DNA from: an uncultured virus (IMG/VR IMGVR_UViG_3300047471_001174)
Taxonomy: Duplodnaviria; Heunggongvirae; Uroviricota; Caudoviricetes
Reading direction: 5' to 3' (one strand)
Virus record (IMG/VR): IMGVR_UViG_3300047471_001174
Length of the DNA: 64,000 bases
Below are positions 29,745 through 38,994 of this stretch, piece after piece. Both the position numbers and the translations under genes were made by a program. Numbering within the stretch: the stretch's first letter is position 1; each line of letters opens with the position of its first letter. Below the pieces are notes generated by a model. That model searched no databases, was not told the origin of the DNA, and was given only the letters and a program-made list of their open reading frames with translations.

Positions 29745-30362
29745 TCAGGGTAAAGGATGACCGAGGCAGTCGGTCGTTGTCGGACTGAGCGTTGCCGAGA
29801 TCGCCGTATCAACGCAACAGCCGGTACCGGAACTGACTGCTGCAATCATCACGTTGCTCGCGGTACAGTTCCACGAACTGTTCAATTTGTAAAAGACCGG
29901 GTTCTCTGACGAGACGTTCAGACGAAGAACCCAAACACCACCGGGGCCATTCGGTATCGGGTGTCCCTGATTATCTGTAACGGACGAGCCGTTCGGATAC
30001 CACTGCAAAATAGCAGCGCCTGGAACCAGACCACCGAATGTGCATGTTGCCCCGCCGGGCGGCCCACAACGCGAGGGCCAGAAACAAGTCGCATTCCCAG
30101 GCCCGACAACGTAAACCCCGTTGTACGATGCACAACTGCCGCCAGTGACAGATATGCTGTCAAAAAATCCGTTGATGTTCGCTTTCCAGTACTTTGTCTT
30201 GCACGGGCAGCCGCAGCACGGACACTGGCCCAGCATGAAGAATTTCCGCCGGTCACGCGCGAAACGATCCCAGTTTCTCGGCAGCGTGGGGTCGAGAAAT
30301 GGTTCCGTTTGATCGACAAGTTCTTGCGACCACAAGTCGTTATCAGGAAGAATTATCGACAT
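29745..30362 (-). CDS. Cys-rich hypothetical virion-associated protein
   Basis: CPCCGCPC plus multiple further Cys residues. Confidence 0.65.
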   Translation of the reverse strand: MSIILPDNDLWSQELVDQTEPFLDPTLPRNWDRFARDRRKFFMLGQCPCCGCPCKTKYWKANINGFFDSISVTGGSCASYNGVYVVGPGNATCFWPSRCGPPGGATCTFGGLVPGAAILQWYPNGSSVTDNQGHPIPNGPGGVWVLRLNVSSENPVFYKLNSSWNCTASNVMIAAVSSGTGCCVDTAISATLSPTTTDCLGHPLP

Positions 30363-31972
30363 CAGCAGAGTCTCGCGGCTGTCACGGCCAACCCGTTCGT
30401 ATCTGGCTCCCAGGTCAGTTCGACATATGGTGGGTTGCCATCGGGATCCAATTGGGGAATGTCACCGAATCGATTCCAAGCTGTGATCGTGTAACTGTTC
30501 GCCGTTTCAACGCCCGTGTTGGTCAGGCCCTGCGAGTTATACGTGCCGGCGTAGATCGTGACGACCGCTGATGTACCGACCAACCAGCCTGCAGTCGGTA
30601 GCCCGACGCATTTTCCTTTGAGCGTCAATAGAGGCACGCGTTGAATTTTGGCCGTCGTCCCACCCACATACGACGGACCGATGTAAGCAAACCCGTGAAC
30701 CGTCTTGAACAATTTCCACGAGCCAGAGGTGGTACCCAGCATGGCTCCAAATGTCATTGATCCGGCGCTCGGATCCATCAGGCCAATGCATGGTGACACA
30801 TTCGTGCAGACACCATAGTGGCCTGGGGCGACTGCCTGACCCCCGTTGATGTAGTGCAGATAGGTGCTGCCGTACGCGTTAGGCCGTTTCCCCAGGATGA
30901 CGTCCGTAGCGTTGATGACCAGCCCATTGTAGGCCCGGAAGACACCATAAGCCGGACAGGTATCTTCGCCGTCGTTTCTCCACCAGTTGAGTGTCTGGCC
31001 TTGCGTGCCTGTTTGAGCCCCCTGCGGGCCGCCCGTCCCTCCGCCAGGGCCGCCTGAGCCGCCTCCAGCAGGACCGGCCGGACCAACCCCGGCCCCCGCC
31101 CCTGCCGCACCTGGGGGTCCTGGCGGGCCGGCTGGGCCTGCGGGGCCGGCTGGGCCGGTTGTGCCCGCGGCACCTTGAGCACCGGTTGCTCCGGCGCCTG
31201 GTGACGCGTACGGGGTCGGGATCGACACGTCAAAGGGGCATTCATTGATCGGGTCAGGGGAGCTGGGCACCTGACAGTCGAAGGCGACCAGCAGGCTCTG
31301 GACCCGTCGGATGAATGGCAGGTTACAGCGACTCGTATCGAAGACAGGCCCCAGGACGTCCGTGACGATGTGATCCGGGGACATGTAGGTGATCTTCAGC
31401 GTGGCAAGTTTTGCTTGCGGGCTGGGCGACGCATAGACCTTGAAACCACCAGTGGACCCACCGGTCGGGATTGTCAGGATTTGCAGGCTGTTTCCAGACT
31501 TCCAGCTCGATCGGTTCACCAGTTGTTGAACGGCCGTGCTCAGGTCGTGCGTTGTGTAGGTCTGTTCGGCGATCAACGGGGACGAATTAAAGACCCCGGT
31601 TGGAATCTGCTCCGGGGCGTACGGGGCGATCGTTGCCCGATTCAAAAAATCCGGATAGCTGACGATGGGAATGCTGTTGTTTTCGTTGCAGATGGCAAAC
31701 TGAACAGCCGTGTTCTGCGCATTGTCCAGGACACCGGCACAAGTGAATGTCAGATGGGCCGACTGAATCGTCGCACCCTGGTTGATGGGGATGTTGCGAA
31801 ACAGGAAGAAACTGTTCCAGTAGTGATCGTCCGACTCACGGTGGCCCAGGCCGACACTCAACCCGATGTTGTTAAACACAGGGTTATTGCCATGACCGTG
31901 GCCCGACTCGATTTGCCCGTCATCAGCCGGATTCAGAGCGCTGACGGCAATCGTCTTTGTGAGCAGGGGCAT
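30362..31972 (-). CDS. Collagen-like fibre protein with an N-terminal beta-sandwich
   Basis: G-X-Y run GATGAQGAAGTTGPAGPAGPAGPPGPPGAAG; IPINQGATIQSAHLTF domain. Confidence 0.7.
   Translation of the reverse strand: MPLLTKTIAVSALNPADDGQIESGHGHGNNPVFNNIGLSVGLGHRESDDHYWNSFFLFRNIPINQGATIQSAHLTFTCAGVLDNAQNTAVQFAICNENNSIPIVSYPDFLNRATIAPYAPEQIPTGVFNSSPLIAEQTYTTHDLSTAVQQLVNRSSWKSGNSLQILTIPTGGSTGGFKVYASPSPQAKLATLKITYMSPDHIVTDVLGPVFDTSRCNLPFIRRVQSLLVAFDCQVPSSPDPINECPFDVSIPTPYASPGAGATGAQGAAGTTGPAGPAGPAGPPGPPGAAGAGAGVGPAGPAGGGSGGPGGGTGGPQGAQTGTQGQTLNWWRNDGEDTCPAYGVFRAYNGLVINATDVILGKRPNAYGSTYLHYINGGQAVAPGHYGVCTNVSPCIGLMDPSAGSMTFGAMLGTTSGSWKLFKTVHGFAYIGPSYVGGTTAKIQRVPLLTLKGKCVGLPTAGWLVGTSAVVTIYAGTYNSQGLTNTGVETANSYTITAWNRFGDIPQLDPDGNPPYVELTWEPDTNGLAVTAARLC
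31100..31200 (-). repeat. Collagen G-X-Y coding repeat (approximate bounds)
   Basis: About 10 consecutive G-X-Y triplets. Confidence 0.75.
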
Positions 31973-32123
31973 CCTTAACCTGTTGTTTCGATTTTGTGAC
32001 GCGGGTTACAAAGAGATCGAATTGGTGCAGCAAGTCGCGAAATTCCTTACCCTCGTGCACACCGTCGATGTACGGTCGGCATTGCACGGCTTCCAGGTAA
32101 CCAAGGGTCAGTCGGAATCGCAT
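31923..32123 (-). CDS. Possible small hypothetical protein (66 aa)
   Basis: Fills the gap and starts at the edge of palindrome copy 3, but overlaps the next gene by 50 nt. Confidence 0.4.
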   Translation of the reverse strand: MRFRLTLGYLEAVQCRPYIDGVHEGKEFRDLLHQFDLFVTRVTKSKQQVKDAPAHKDDCRQRSESG

Positions 32124-32140
32124 AACTTTTCAAAAAGGTA
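32123..32140. promoter_or_regulatory. 18-bp palindrome, copy 3 (TAACTTTT-CA-AAAAGGTA)
   Basis: 2 nt downstream of the glycosyltransferase stop codon. Confidence 0.65.
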
Positions 32141-32142
32141 AA

Positions 32143-33303
32143 TCAGATCTTACACAATCCGGGAGAAACTTGCCCCTTCAAGGCCATCAGGTCGGCTCTA
32201 ACGCTCCACCCGGGAACGTCACCTTGCGCAGGTTCGTTAAGCACGTTCACGGCTTGGAACCGGCAGGTTATCCGCGGGTCGAGGCTAGCAAACTCGGAAT
32301 TCGTAAACCATTCGAACGATTCCGGACTGTGATACGATCGACAGTTTGGCGGGCTCTCGTCAGTGGCACTTGGCACATCAATCAACAGCCAGCCGCCGGG
32401 GATCAACGCCCTGTACGCCGTGTTCATGAACCGGATGCATTCAACGAGCGTCCAGCTGTGCATTACATTCGTTGAAACAACAACCGTGAGGGAGTTGTCT
32501 TGAGGCTGCCAGTCGTCGAGCCAGCCATTCACGTAACAGCCTGGATAACCACGGCGTCGAGACCACTCAGAGACCAGCGGTCGCAGGTACTTAGACCGGT
32601 TCTCCCACGACTGCTGCTGAATCATCGAATGGCGTTTGAATACCGTGTTGTCGTTGTGGATCCTGTACAGGTAATGGCAGGCCCCGGTTGACGCGAATTT
32701 CATCCCGGCCAGGTAGGTTCGGCAAATCAGGTCATGGTCGTCGCCTACAACCATGTTGCAGTCGTGACCGCCCAGTTTCTCGTAGGCTTTTCGCGTCCAG
32801 CAGCGGACATGGTCGGGGGCAAAAGCCAGGTCACACAGTGACCGGGCCGTCACGTCGAAAGACTCTGCCGCGTAGAACGTCCGGCCGTACACGTCCATCG
32901 GGTAGTTTCGCCAGCCGTAAGCCGGGTCGTACAGGACCGGTACCTTGGTGTCGTCCATGAAACTGGCCGTGTCGCTGTAGATGAAATCCGCCCCCAGATC
33001 AGCCTGTCTCTGGATGGCTGCCAAGGCGCCCGGCAGAAGGATGTCGTCGTGATCAAGCTCGATCAAGACGTCCCCCAACCCCTGACCGAAGGCAAACCGC
33101 TTTATAGCCCCAATGAGCGGCTCGCCGACGTACGGGACGACTCTGACCCGGGAATCGGCCAGGACACTGTCTGGCAGGCGTCCAGCGACCTCTGGCGATG
33201 GGGTAATGACCCATTCGAAGGGCATGTTGCCCTGCAGTTGAAGAGACGCATGGGTCTCGGCCAGGAACTGGGGATTGTGCGTCGGAGTGATAATGGAGAG
33301 CAT
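32143..33303 (-). CDS. GT2 glycosyltransferase with a C-terminal class I methyltransferase-like fragment
   Basis: MLSIITPTHN, ELDHDD (DxD), GDDHDL, LYRIH; then AYRALIPGGWLLIDVP. Start moved to ATG 33303. Confidence 0.85.
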   Translation of the reverse strand: MLSIITPTHNPQFLAETHASLQLQGNMPFEWVITPSPEVAGRLPDSVLADSRVRVVPYVGEPLIGAIKRFAFGQGLGDVLIELDHDDILLPGALAAIQRQADLGADFIYSDTASFMDDTKVPVLYDPAYGWRNYPMDVYGRTFYAAESFDVTARSLCDLAFAPDHVRCWTRKAYEKLGGHDCNMVVGDDHDLICRTYLAGMKFASTGACHYLYRIHNDNTVFKRHSMIQQQSWENRSKYLRPLVSEWSRRRGYPGCYVNGWLDDWQPQDNSLTVVVSTNVMHSWTLVECIRFMNTAYRALIPGGWLLIDVPSATDESPPNCRSYHSPESFEWFTNSEFASLDPRITCRFQAVNVLNEPAQGDVPGWSVRADLMALKGQVSPGLCKI

Positions 33304-33387
33304 GAGCCCAGCATAAAACGATAGGAGTCGACAGTCCATACGAACTGTCGACTCCATCGCCCAAACCGCACCAGGAGAATTCGACGA

Positions 33388-33795
33388 CTAGGGGCTGCCT
33401 TGACCCGGAGGGCCAAAGACCACGTTGGCCAGGAACGGGGCCGTTCCGTCCGGTCCAATCGCCGGCCCGGCACTTTGCCAGCACGGTGAGAGTTGGACGA
33501 CCTGCCCGTTGAAGACCGTAATGGCCGAGCTCTCTTTGTGCCCCTTGTCCCAGAAGATGGGCTGCGGGGTGTACTTGATCTCGAGCAGGCCCTGATTGAT
33601 CGCGTTGGCCAGGGCGAAGACCGATCGCTCGCCGCCCAAACCGTTGGACACGTAGTCCATGATGTAACCGAAGCAAGTGTATTCCTGTTCGACGCCGAGC
33701 AGCTTGCCGTGCGGAGGCAGGAAATCAAAGTAATACGCTTGCGTGCCGATGTTCCTGACGGAAGACATCATGCAGTCTGTTTGAAACGTAGCCAT
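33388..33795 (-). CDS. Hypothetical protein, possibly a virion component
   Basis: 135-aa ORF with a GGAG RBS. Confidence 0.7.
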   Translation of the reverse strand: MATFQTDCMMSSVRNIGTQAYYFDFLPPHGKLLGVEQEYTCFGYIMDYVSNGLGGERSVFALANAINQGLLEIKYTPQPIFWDKGHKESSAITVFNGQVVQLSPCWQSAGPAIGPDGTAPFLANVVFGPPGQGSP

Positions 33796-33829
33796 TATTC
33801 AAGCTCCAGGATTGGAGATGGGATTGAAA

Positions 33830-34255
33830 CTAAGCAGCCCCGGACATTGCCGCCTCGGCCTGCTTCAGAATGACCACCGAAGTATACAACTCGGGGTCAC
33901 GCATCAGGTCGGCAGCCACGGCAGACCAGTTGGCTCGCTCGTTGGCTACCGCTGATTTCTCGTAGTCCGTCACGATGCCAGCCTGACGAAGCACCTTGCC
34001 GACGTGCTGGCTGATCTTCTGGTACGGACGGTTTTCGGGTTCGTGAACGGCGCGAAGCTGGCGACCCATCATGAGCAGGTCAGCCGCGTCCTGTTCGTTG
34101 TCGACTTGAATGCCCAAGCTGGCAAGCTTGCGGAAGAAGACCTGGGCGTGCACCTTGGTTTCAAGGTTGTCGAAGGCCATTTTGTAGATGGCGGTCTGCT
34201 CGGCCTGCGAGATCGGGGCCGCGGCAGGGGCGGGAATGGTTTGTGCTTCTGACAC
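33830..34255 (-). CDS. Putative head-associated protein with K-x-A motifs
   Basis: AAGGAGG RBS before GTG 34255; contains RKLAS, EKSAV and LKQAE. Confidence 0.7.
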   Translation of the reverse strand: MSEAQTIPAPAAAPISQAEQTAIYKMAFDNLETKVHAQVFFRKLASLGIQVDNEQDAADLLMMGRQLRAVHEPENRPYQKISQHVGKVLRQAGIVTDYEKSAVANERANWSAVAADLMRDPELYTSVVILKQAEAAMSGAA

Positions 34256-34339
34256 TGTGACCTCCTTGTCGGTGTGCGGGTTGCCGTCCTGTGGCATCAA
34301 CTGAATTTATGATTGCAGAAGAATGTAGGGGTGTCAAGC

Positions 34340-34376
34340 GGCTGATAGCTAAAAAAAGGGGCCCAAGATGGGCCCC
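34340..34376 (-). terminator. Intrinsic terminator followed by conserved AGCTATCAGCC
   Basis: GGGGCCCA-TCT-TGGGCCCC hairpin plus T7; the 20-mer CCTTTTTTTAGCTATCAGCC is identical at 54047-54066. Confidence 0.8.
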
Positions 34377-34380
34377 CGGA

Positions 34381-34788
34381 TCAACAGTCGGTCAATAGGA
34401 CTGCGGTATCCGTAAGTCGAGATTTCAATTCAGCGTCGCCCTCTACTACCATATCAACATGAAACTCGCAGGCGGCACGCAGTTGCGCATCCCACCGCGG
34501 CGTGTTGAAATACTCGTGTTCCATCAAGACATGCCAGGCTGCCCTACAAAACGAGGCTAACGTAAGCGCCTCCAGCATGTCGTTGACCTCGACCGCATCC
34601 GCATCGGTCCCGTTGCCGCCCCAAAGTTTGATGGCCACCCAGGGCTCCAACTTCTTATTTAGAAAAGCTATAACGGTATCGCGACATTGCAGCTCGATCC
34701 GCGATTCCGCTGACAAGTAGCTAGGCAGTACGGCCATGTTCCGCTGGCCCGGTGCCATACGGTTAAACCAGCGGTGTTGTTCGGTCAT
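34381..34788 (-). CDS. Hypothetical protein (island 1)
   Basis: AAAGGA RBS; ends just before the terminator. Confidence 0.7.
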   Translation of the reverse strand: MTEQHRWFNRMAPGQRNMAVLPSYLSAESRIELQCRDTVIAFLNKKLEPWVAIKLWGGNGTDADAVEVNDMLEALTLASFCRAAWHVLMEHEYFNTPRWDAQLRAACEFHVDMVVEGDAELKSRLTDTAVLLTDC

Positions 34789-34832
34789 GATTCAGTCCTT
34801 TAAGCGGAAGGGAAAGGAACTCCACAATTCGG

Positions 34833-35255
34833 TTAATCGCGGTCAAGACCGTGGCTATGAGCGTAATCATGCTCACGATCGGAAGCCTCAACCCGTTTCA
34901 GTTCATAAGCGTCGGATGGCCACTTATGACCGTGACGTGCAACAGCGCGATCCACGAGACGTCCGATATTTGGCCAGAGGACAACTGCTCGGTCAGCGAG
35001 GTCGATCAGTTTAGCCTCGATATCGTTCATCAATTTGATCACCATATCCGACTGGCATGTCGGATATTCTCGCATTCGATTCACACCCTGATGATATTTA
35101 ACCACCAGATCGATGTACGACGACCTGAACAGATTGCTCGACACCCGCCTGAATATCTTGAGCGACTCAACCTCGACAAAATCATCCTTGCTTCTGTCCA
35201 CGTCGGCGACAAGATGCCGCAGGTATCCAATCATTCCCTTTCGTGTCGTACACAT
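34833..35255 (-). CDS. Hypothetical protein (island 1)
   Basis: AAGGA RBS. Confidence 0.7.
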   Translation of the reverse strand: MCTTRKGMIGYLRHLVADVDRSKDDFVEVESLKIFRRVSSNLFRSSYIDLVVKYHQGVNRMREYPTCQSDMVIKLMNDIEAKLIDLADRAVVLWPNIGRLVDRAVARHGHKWPSDAYELKRVEASDREHDYAHSHGLDRD

Positions 35256-35267
35256 GATTCAATCCTT

Positions 35268-35550
35268 GCCTGTAGCGGGAAATGGGTAAAAAACAATAGC
35301 ATGCAGAGCCTGGAATACCACCAGGTTGACTGCGTCACGGTCTTGTCGTGACTGGCCCGCGGCACGTTGCGGGCGAAATTGCGGGGTCTTAAGTGCTCTT
35401 ACATGTCACAGCAATGTGCGACAATCGACGCGCGAGGATTTATGTCTCTCGGGACCCCAACGTCGGATGCCCGATCTACTCTGGTCAGGCTCGCAGAGAA
35501 AGAGCCAAGGAATAATCCTTGCTCTTACATAGTCTATGCCCGCTACAAGC
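35268..35550 (-). ncRNA. Candidate structured non-coding RNA or long 5' leader
   Basis: Longest intergenic region in the window, with multiple hairpins and a 12-bp long-range inverted repeat. No family recognised. Confidence 0.35.
35526..35540 (-). promoter_or_regulatory. Candidate phage promoter GGCATAGACTATGTA
   Basis: 12/15 match to 55985-55999; both precede a small-gene island and a hairpin. Confidence 0.45.
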
Positions 35551-35567
35551 GTTTTATTTAGCCACCC

Positions 35568-35602
35568 AAAAAGACAAGGCCCCGCAATTTGCAGGGCCTT
35601 GT
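35568..35602 (-). terminator. Intrinsic terminator after the major capsid gene
   Basis: ACAAGGCCCTGC-AAATT-GCGGGGCCTTGT followed by CTTTTT. Confidence 0.8.
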
Positions 35603-35623
35603 GATTTGACTGACTCAGGACGA

Positions 35624-36562
35624 CTACACGTAGTCGACGCGGGCCACCGACGCCGAGTGGGCGAGGGTCATGCCGATTTCTTCGTAACAGAAGAAATCAA
35701 GCAAAAATGCCTTGGTTTCGATGTACATGGTAGTCGGGACCAGCTCATAGAATTTCCCGAAAAAGGCGGGATCTGCAAACTGGTAGATAGTCGAATTGGG
35801 AACGAGCGTTTTCTTGATCGTGATGATCCAGTTGAGCCCGATGTACTTCTGCTGGGTCCAACCGTTGAGCATGATGTCTTCGGCCGTGTCACCACCGACT
35901 TCGTTACGTCCGAACTTACAGACGTCTTCGATCGTCACGTGGTTGGCGAGGGCCGTGTGGGGCACCAGGTTGAACGGCGTGTTCTTGATGATCTTCTTGC
36001 TGTCGAACAGCGAGTCACGAGTGATACCGCCCGGATAGCGTTGCCACTGTGCAACACCGCTGGTCGGCACGGTCGTGCCCTGCGAGATCATCGCCGTATT
36101 TGCCATACCGATGAAGCGCGAGTCTTCCTCTGCTAGCAAATCTTTGAGAGCATTGTCCGAAAGGACCTGACGGATGTCCATGATCCAGGTCATGAGCTCC
36201 GAGGTGTCCTTCTGGAAGCGAGGGGTGAACAGACGGCCGAAGCCGACCATGTACCTGTCGCCCTTGATGATGTACCCGTCCGGCAACGTGCCGAACCCGA
36301 CCGTGACAGCGGCCGGCGAATCCGGTTCCTTGTCAACGATCATGACGGGCTTGTCCGTGTTCATCTGGCGGACAAGGTCTGACGGGCCCACAGGAATGGG
36401 CGGAACGATACGGCGGGCGAACCCTTGTTCACGCATTTTCGTGCGTGTGAAGTCATTCGCCGCGTCAATGGCTTTCTTCTCTTGGTTCCGGTCACCTGAT
36501 CGGAGCTGTTCGAAGAACGCCATATTCAACTCACGCGTTTCGTCCTGAGTTTCGCGGGACAT
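35624..36562 (-). CDS. Major capsid protein (HK97 fold, encapsulin/linocin-like size)
   Basis: 312 aa; AAGGAGG RBS and downstream terminator; follows protease, scaffold and decoration genes; C-terminal FFCYEEIGMT...VARVDY fits the HK97 P-domain end. Confidence 0.8.
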   Translation of the reverse strand: MSRETQDETRELNMAFFEQLRSGDRNQEKKAIDAANDFTRTKMREQGFARRIVPPIPVGPSDLVRQMNTDKPVMIVDKEPDSPAAVTVGFGTLPDGYIIKGDRYMVGFGRLFTPRFQKDTSELMTWIMDIRQVLSDNALKDLLAEEDSRFIGMANTAMISQGTTVPTSGVAQWQRYPGGITRDSLFDSKKIIKNTPFNLVPHTALANHVTIEDVCKFGRNEVGGDTAEDIMLNGWTQQKYIGLNWIITIKKTLVPNSTIYQFADPAFFGKFYELVPTTMYIETKAFLLDFFCYEEIGMTLAHSASVARVDYV

Positions 36563-36629
36563 CGAAAAAGCCTCCTTGCTTAGAACTTACGGGCCTAAAC
36601 CAGGCCCGGGATTGACGAGGAAATCACGA

Positions 36630-37172
36630 CTAGACGACCGGCAAGAAGCAGGTCCAGAAGGCCAGGGAGTTGAATCCGTAGCCGTTACCGACAACACCAC
36701 GCGACACAACACCGACAATGGTGTCGGTGCCCGCGATACCGATGGTCAACTGACCGCCAGTAGCCGACGAGTTGTTGGCAATCGCTTTGAGGGCAGCGTT
36801 CGGAACATAGCTCGCTGCCTGTGTGAGGTCGTAAAAGGTCGAAGCCAGCTCATACGCACCCGTGGCGACCAGGCACAAGACCTGACCGGCGGGGACGCCA
36901 GCGACGAAAGCACCGACGTCCGTAACTGCGTTGCCACCGGCAACCGTGACGTCAGGATCGGTATTGTTGGGCATCACGAACAGCGGCATCTGGAACCCCG
37001 ACACGCCCAGCTCAAGCTGGCCGACCGAGTTCAAGTGGGCCACCATCCCGGGGATCACCGTGACCGTGACGTTGGCTGAAACGGCCGCGTGGAAGTCCAA
37101 CGCGTTCATGTTCGCAGCCCAGCCCTTGAGCGCGTTCAACGTATTTGCGGTCATTTGACCAGGAACGGACAT
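36630..37172 (-). CDS. Putative capsid decoration/cement protein
   Basis: About 180 aa, beta-rich, strong AAGGAGG RBS, immediately upstream of the capsid gene. Confidence 0.6.
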   Translation of the reverse strand: MSVPGQMTANTLNALKGWAANMNALDFHAAVSANVTVTVIPGMVAHLNSVGQLELGVSGFQMPLFVMPNNTDPDVTVAGGNAVTDVGAFVAGVPAGQVLCLVATGAYELASTFYDLTQAASYVPNAALKAIANNSSATGGQLTIGIAGTDTIVGVVSRGVVGNGYGFNSLAFWTCFLPVV

Positions 37173-37236
37173 TTTCAACCTCCTTGTTGATTGTAACGGG
37201 CTGTTACTCAGCCCGAGAACTTACTGGGAACCACGC

Positions 37237-37656
37237 TTAACGATTGTTCAAAATGGCCTCACGGAACTTGGTGTCGGCCGCAGACTTCTGCCCGCGGACG
37301 GCTCCAACGAACGGCGACGTGCCGGCCGTTTCGAAGCTTTCACCGTCGCCTTCGCCCTGGCCCAGACTGACCGCGGCCAGTTTGACGCGTTCGGCTCGCT
37401 CTTCTGCAAACTTGGTCAAAATCGAGTTGATCAAGTCGGGCAGCTGGATCGGATCAGCAAACAGCTTTTCCGCGGCCGCCTTGTCGATGGCCGGCACCAG
37501 GTTCAACTTGATACAGCGTTCGACCAACGCGGGAGCGGTCGATGCACACTTCTGCAACTGACCGTCGAGCTGTGCCAACAGAGGCATGGTTTGTTCCGAG
37601 AACTTACCAGCGATCTCGGCGAACTTGACGATCTTCTCGCCCAATTCAGGTTTCAC
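37237..37656 (-). CDS. Putative scaffold-like head assembly protein
   Basis: Helical 139 aa with KCAS, KAAA, KLAA and KSAA; GGAGG RBS. Confidence 0.55.
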   Translation of the reverse strand: MKPELGEKIVKFAEIAGKFSEQTMPLLAQLDGQLQKCASTAPALVERCIKLNLVPAIDKAAAEKLFADPIQLPDLINSILTKFAEERAERVKLAAVSLGQGEGDGESFETAGTSPFVGAVRGQKSAADTKFREAILNNR

Positions 37657-37700
37657 TTTAACACCCTCCGTGGCAGTATGATAAATGAACGAGTTTTGAA

Positions 37701-38963
37701 CTACTTGATGCTGGCCGAACGCGAGACGATTTCAGTGATAAATGATCGCATCTGATTGACCGCCGACTTGGTCGTGTCAGCCTGTTTGGCTGCTGGGGTG
37801 GCCGAGCCCATCTTGGGCGGGGGACCACCCATGCCCGGCGGGGGACCGCCGGCACCGGGAGGAGGACCACCAGCACCGGGCGGAGGTCCGCCAGCGCTCG
37901 GGTCCATGCCAGGGGGAGGGCCACCGGCGGCTGCTCCGGGATCCATCCCGGGAGGAGGCCCACCGGCACCCGGGGGACCACCAGCGCCACCAGCCGCAGC
38001 CTGTTGAAGCATCTCAGGCGAGATACCGAGGGCTTGCAGCAATTGGATGACTTGTTCGACAGGCACGGACGCTCCGTCACCACCGGCGCCCGGGGGACCA
38101 CCACCATCACCGGGAGGGCCACCAGCGCCTGGGGGAGCCTCTTCGTGAGGCGATTCCGGGGGAGCTGACGAGTTCGATTCGTCCGGCGAAGCACCCGCTG
38201 AGGCGTCCGAGGACGAGGCCTGTCTGTAATTGTGGATGACCTTGGCGACCTTCTCAGCCTCGCTCGAAGCATTGATCATGACTTCGACGAGTGCCGCATT
38301 GACCACGGAGTCCAAGGCTTGCTTGTCCATTCCCAGCATTCCTGCCAGGTCATAGCCCGCGGCTGCCGCGGCGTCGGGACTGACCGGTGTCTCAGTCGCC
38401 TGTTTCGCGGGAGCGACCGGAGCCGCTGTAGCTGCAGGAGCTGCGGCGGTCTTGGCCGAGGTCATTTCAAGGGTAACTGCGGTCATCAGATCGTTGCCGA
38501 TCTTGGCGAACTGCTCGTTCAGGGCATTCAACCCCTGCATCGATGCACTGCCAAACTTCGGAACGATGGCCGAGTTGTCGGTCCTGGCCGGGTGGGTCGA
38601 TTCGCCACCGATCGGATGATCGGGGTGGCCGCCGTCTTTGTCGTAATCGTCTTCGACGCCCGGGTCTTCACCCGTCGGCGTCTGCTTGATCCCGATGTTG
38701 GTGCCGTCAGCGGCACCCATCGTGCCGACATGCGGGGTCAGTTCGGATTTGTCATCGACGGCCTGGCCAACCACATCGCGTTTGATCACTTCCGTGTTCT
38801 CGGCGCTGCGGGCACCAGTTTCGGGCGGGTGGGTCCCATTCTCCAGTCCTTCGGACGGGTGGGTCGTCTTGCCCATGCTGGCGTCGTTGGATTGCTTCTG
38901 AACAACTTTGTTCAGCAATTCGTCAACGAGATCCATCACTCGAGCTTCTTTGGTCGCGGCCAT
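37701..38963 (-). CDS. Putative scaffold/core protein, largely disordered, with Gly-Pro repeats
   Basis: Acidic N-terminal half, GGPPPG repeats, many K-x-A/S sites; lies between the protease and capsid genes. Confidence 0.6.
   Translation of the reverse strand: MAATKEARVMDLVDELLNKVVQKQSNDASMGKTTHPSEGLENGTHPPETGARSAENTEVIKRDVVGQAVDDKSELTPHVGTMGAADGTNIGIKQTPTGEDPGVEDDYDKDGGHPDHPIGGESTHPARTDNSAIVPKFGSASMQGLNALNEQFAKIGNDLMTAVTLEMTSAKTAAAPAATAAPVAPAKQATETPVSPDAAAAAGYDLAGMLGMDKQALDSVVNAALVEVMINASSEAEKVAKVIHNYRQASSSDASAGASPDESNSSAPPESPHEEAPPGAGGPPGDGGGPPGAGGDGASVPVEQVIQLLQALGISPEMLQQAAAGGAGGPPGAGGPPPGMDPGAAAGGPPPGMDPSAGGPPPGAGGPPPGAGGPPPGMGGPPPKMGSATPAAKQADTTKSAVNQMRSFITEIVSRSASIK
37815..38135 (-). 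repeat. GGPP(P)G low-complexity coding repeats (approximate bounds)
   Basis: About ten GGPP units in the translation. Confidence 0.75.
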
Positions 38964-38994
38964 CCTTGGTTCTCCCTTGTTCGTCCGTGAACTG

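Noticed and set aside
29745..31972. Host assignment to Planctomycetota from Cys-rich and PAYG-type proteins
   Set aside because: Only an impression of resemblance; it needs homology or CRISPR-spacer searches.
34309..34337. TTGACA -35 box upstream of ORF 33830-34255
   Set aside because: No convincing -10 hexamer at 16-18 nt spacing (AATCAT).
35256..35620. tRNA or tmRNA in the long intergenic region
   Set aside because: No T-loop GTTCRA or cloverleaf could be identified; kept only as an unclassified structured element.
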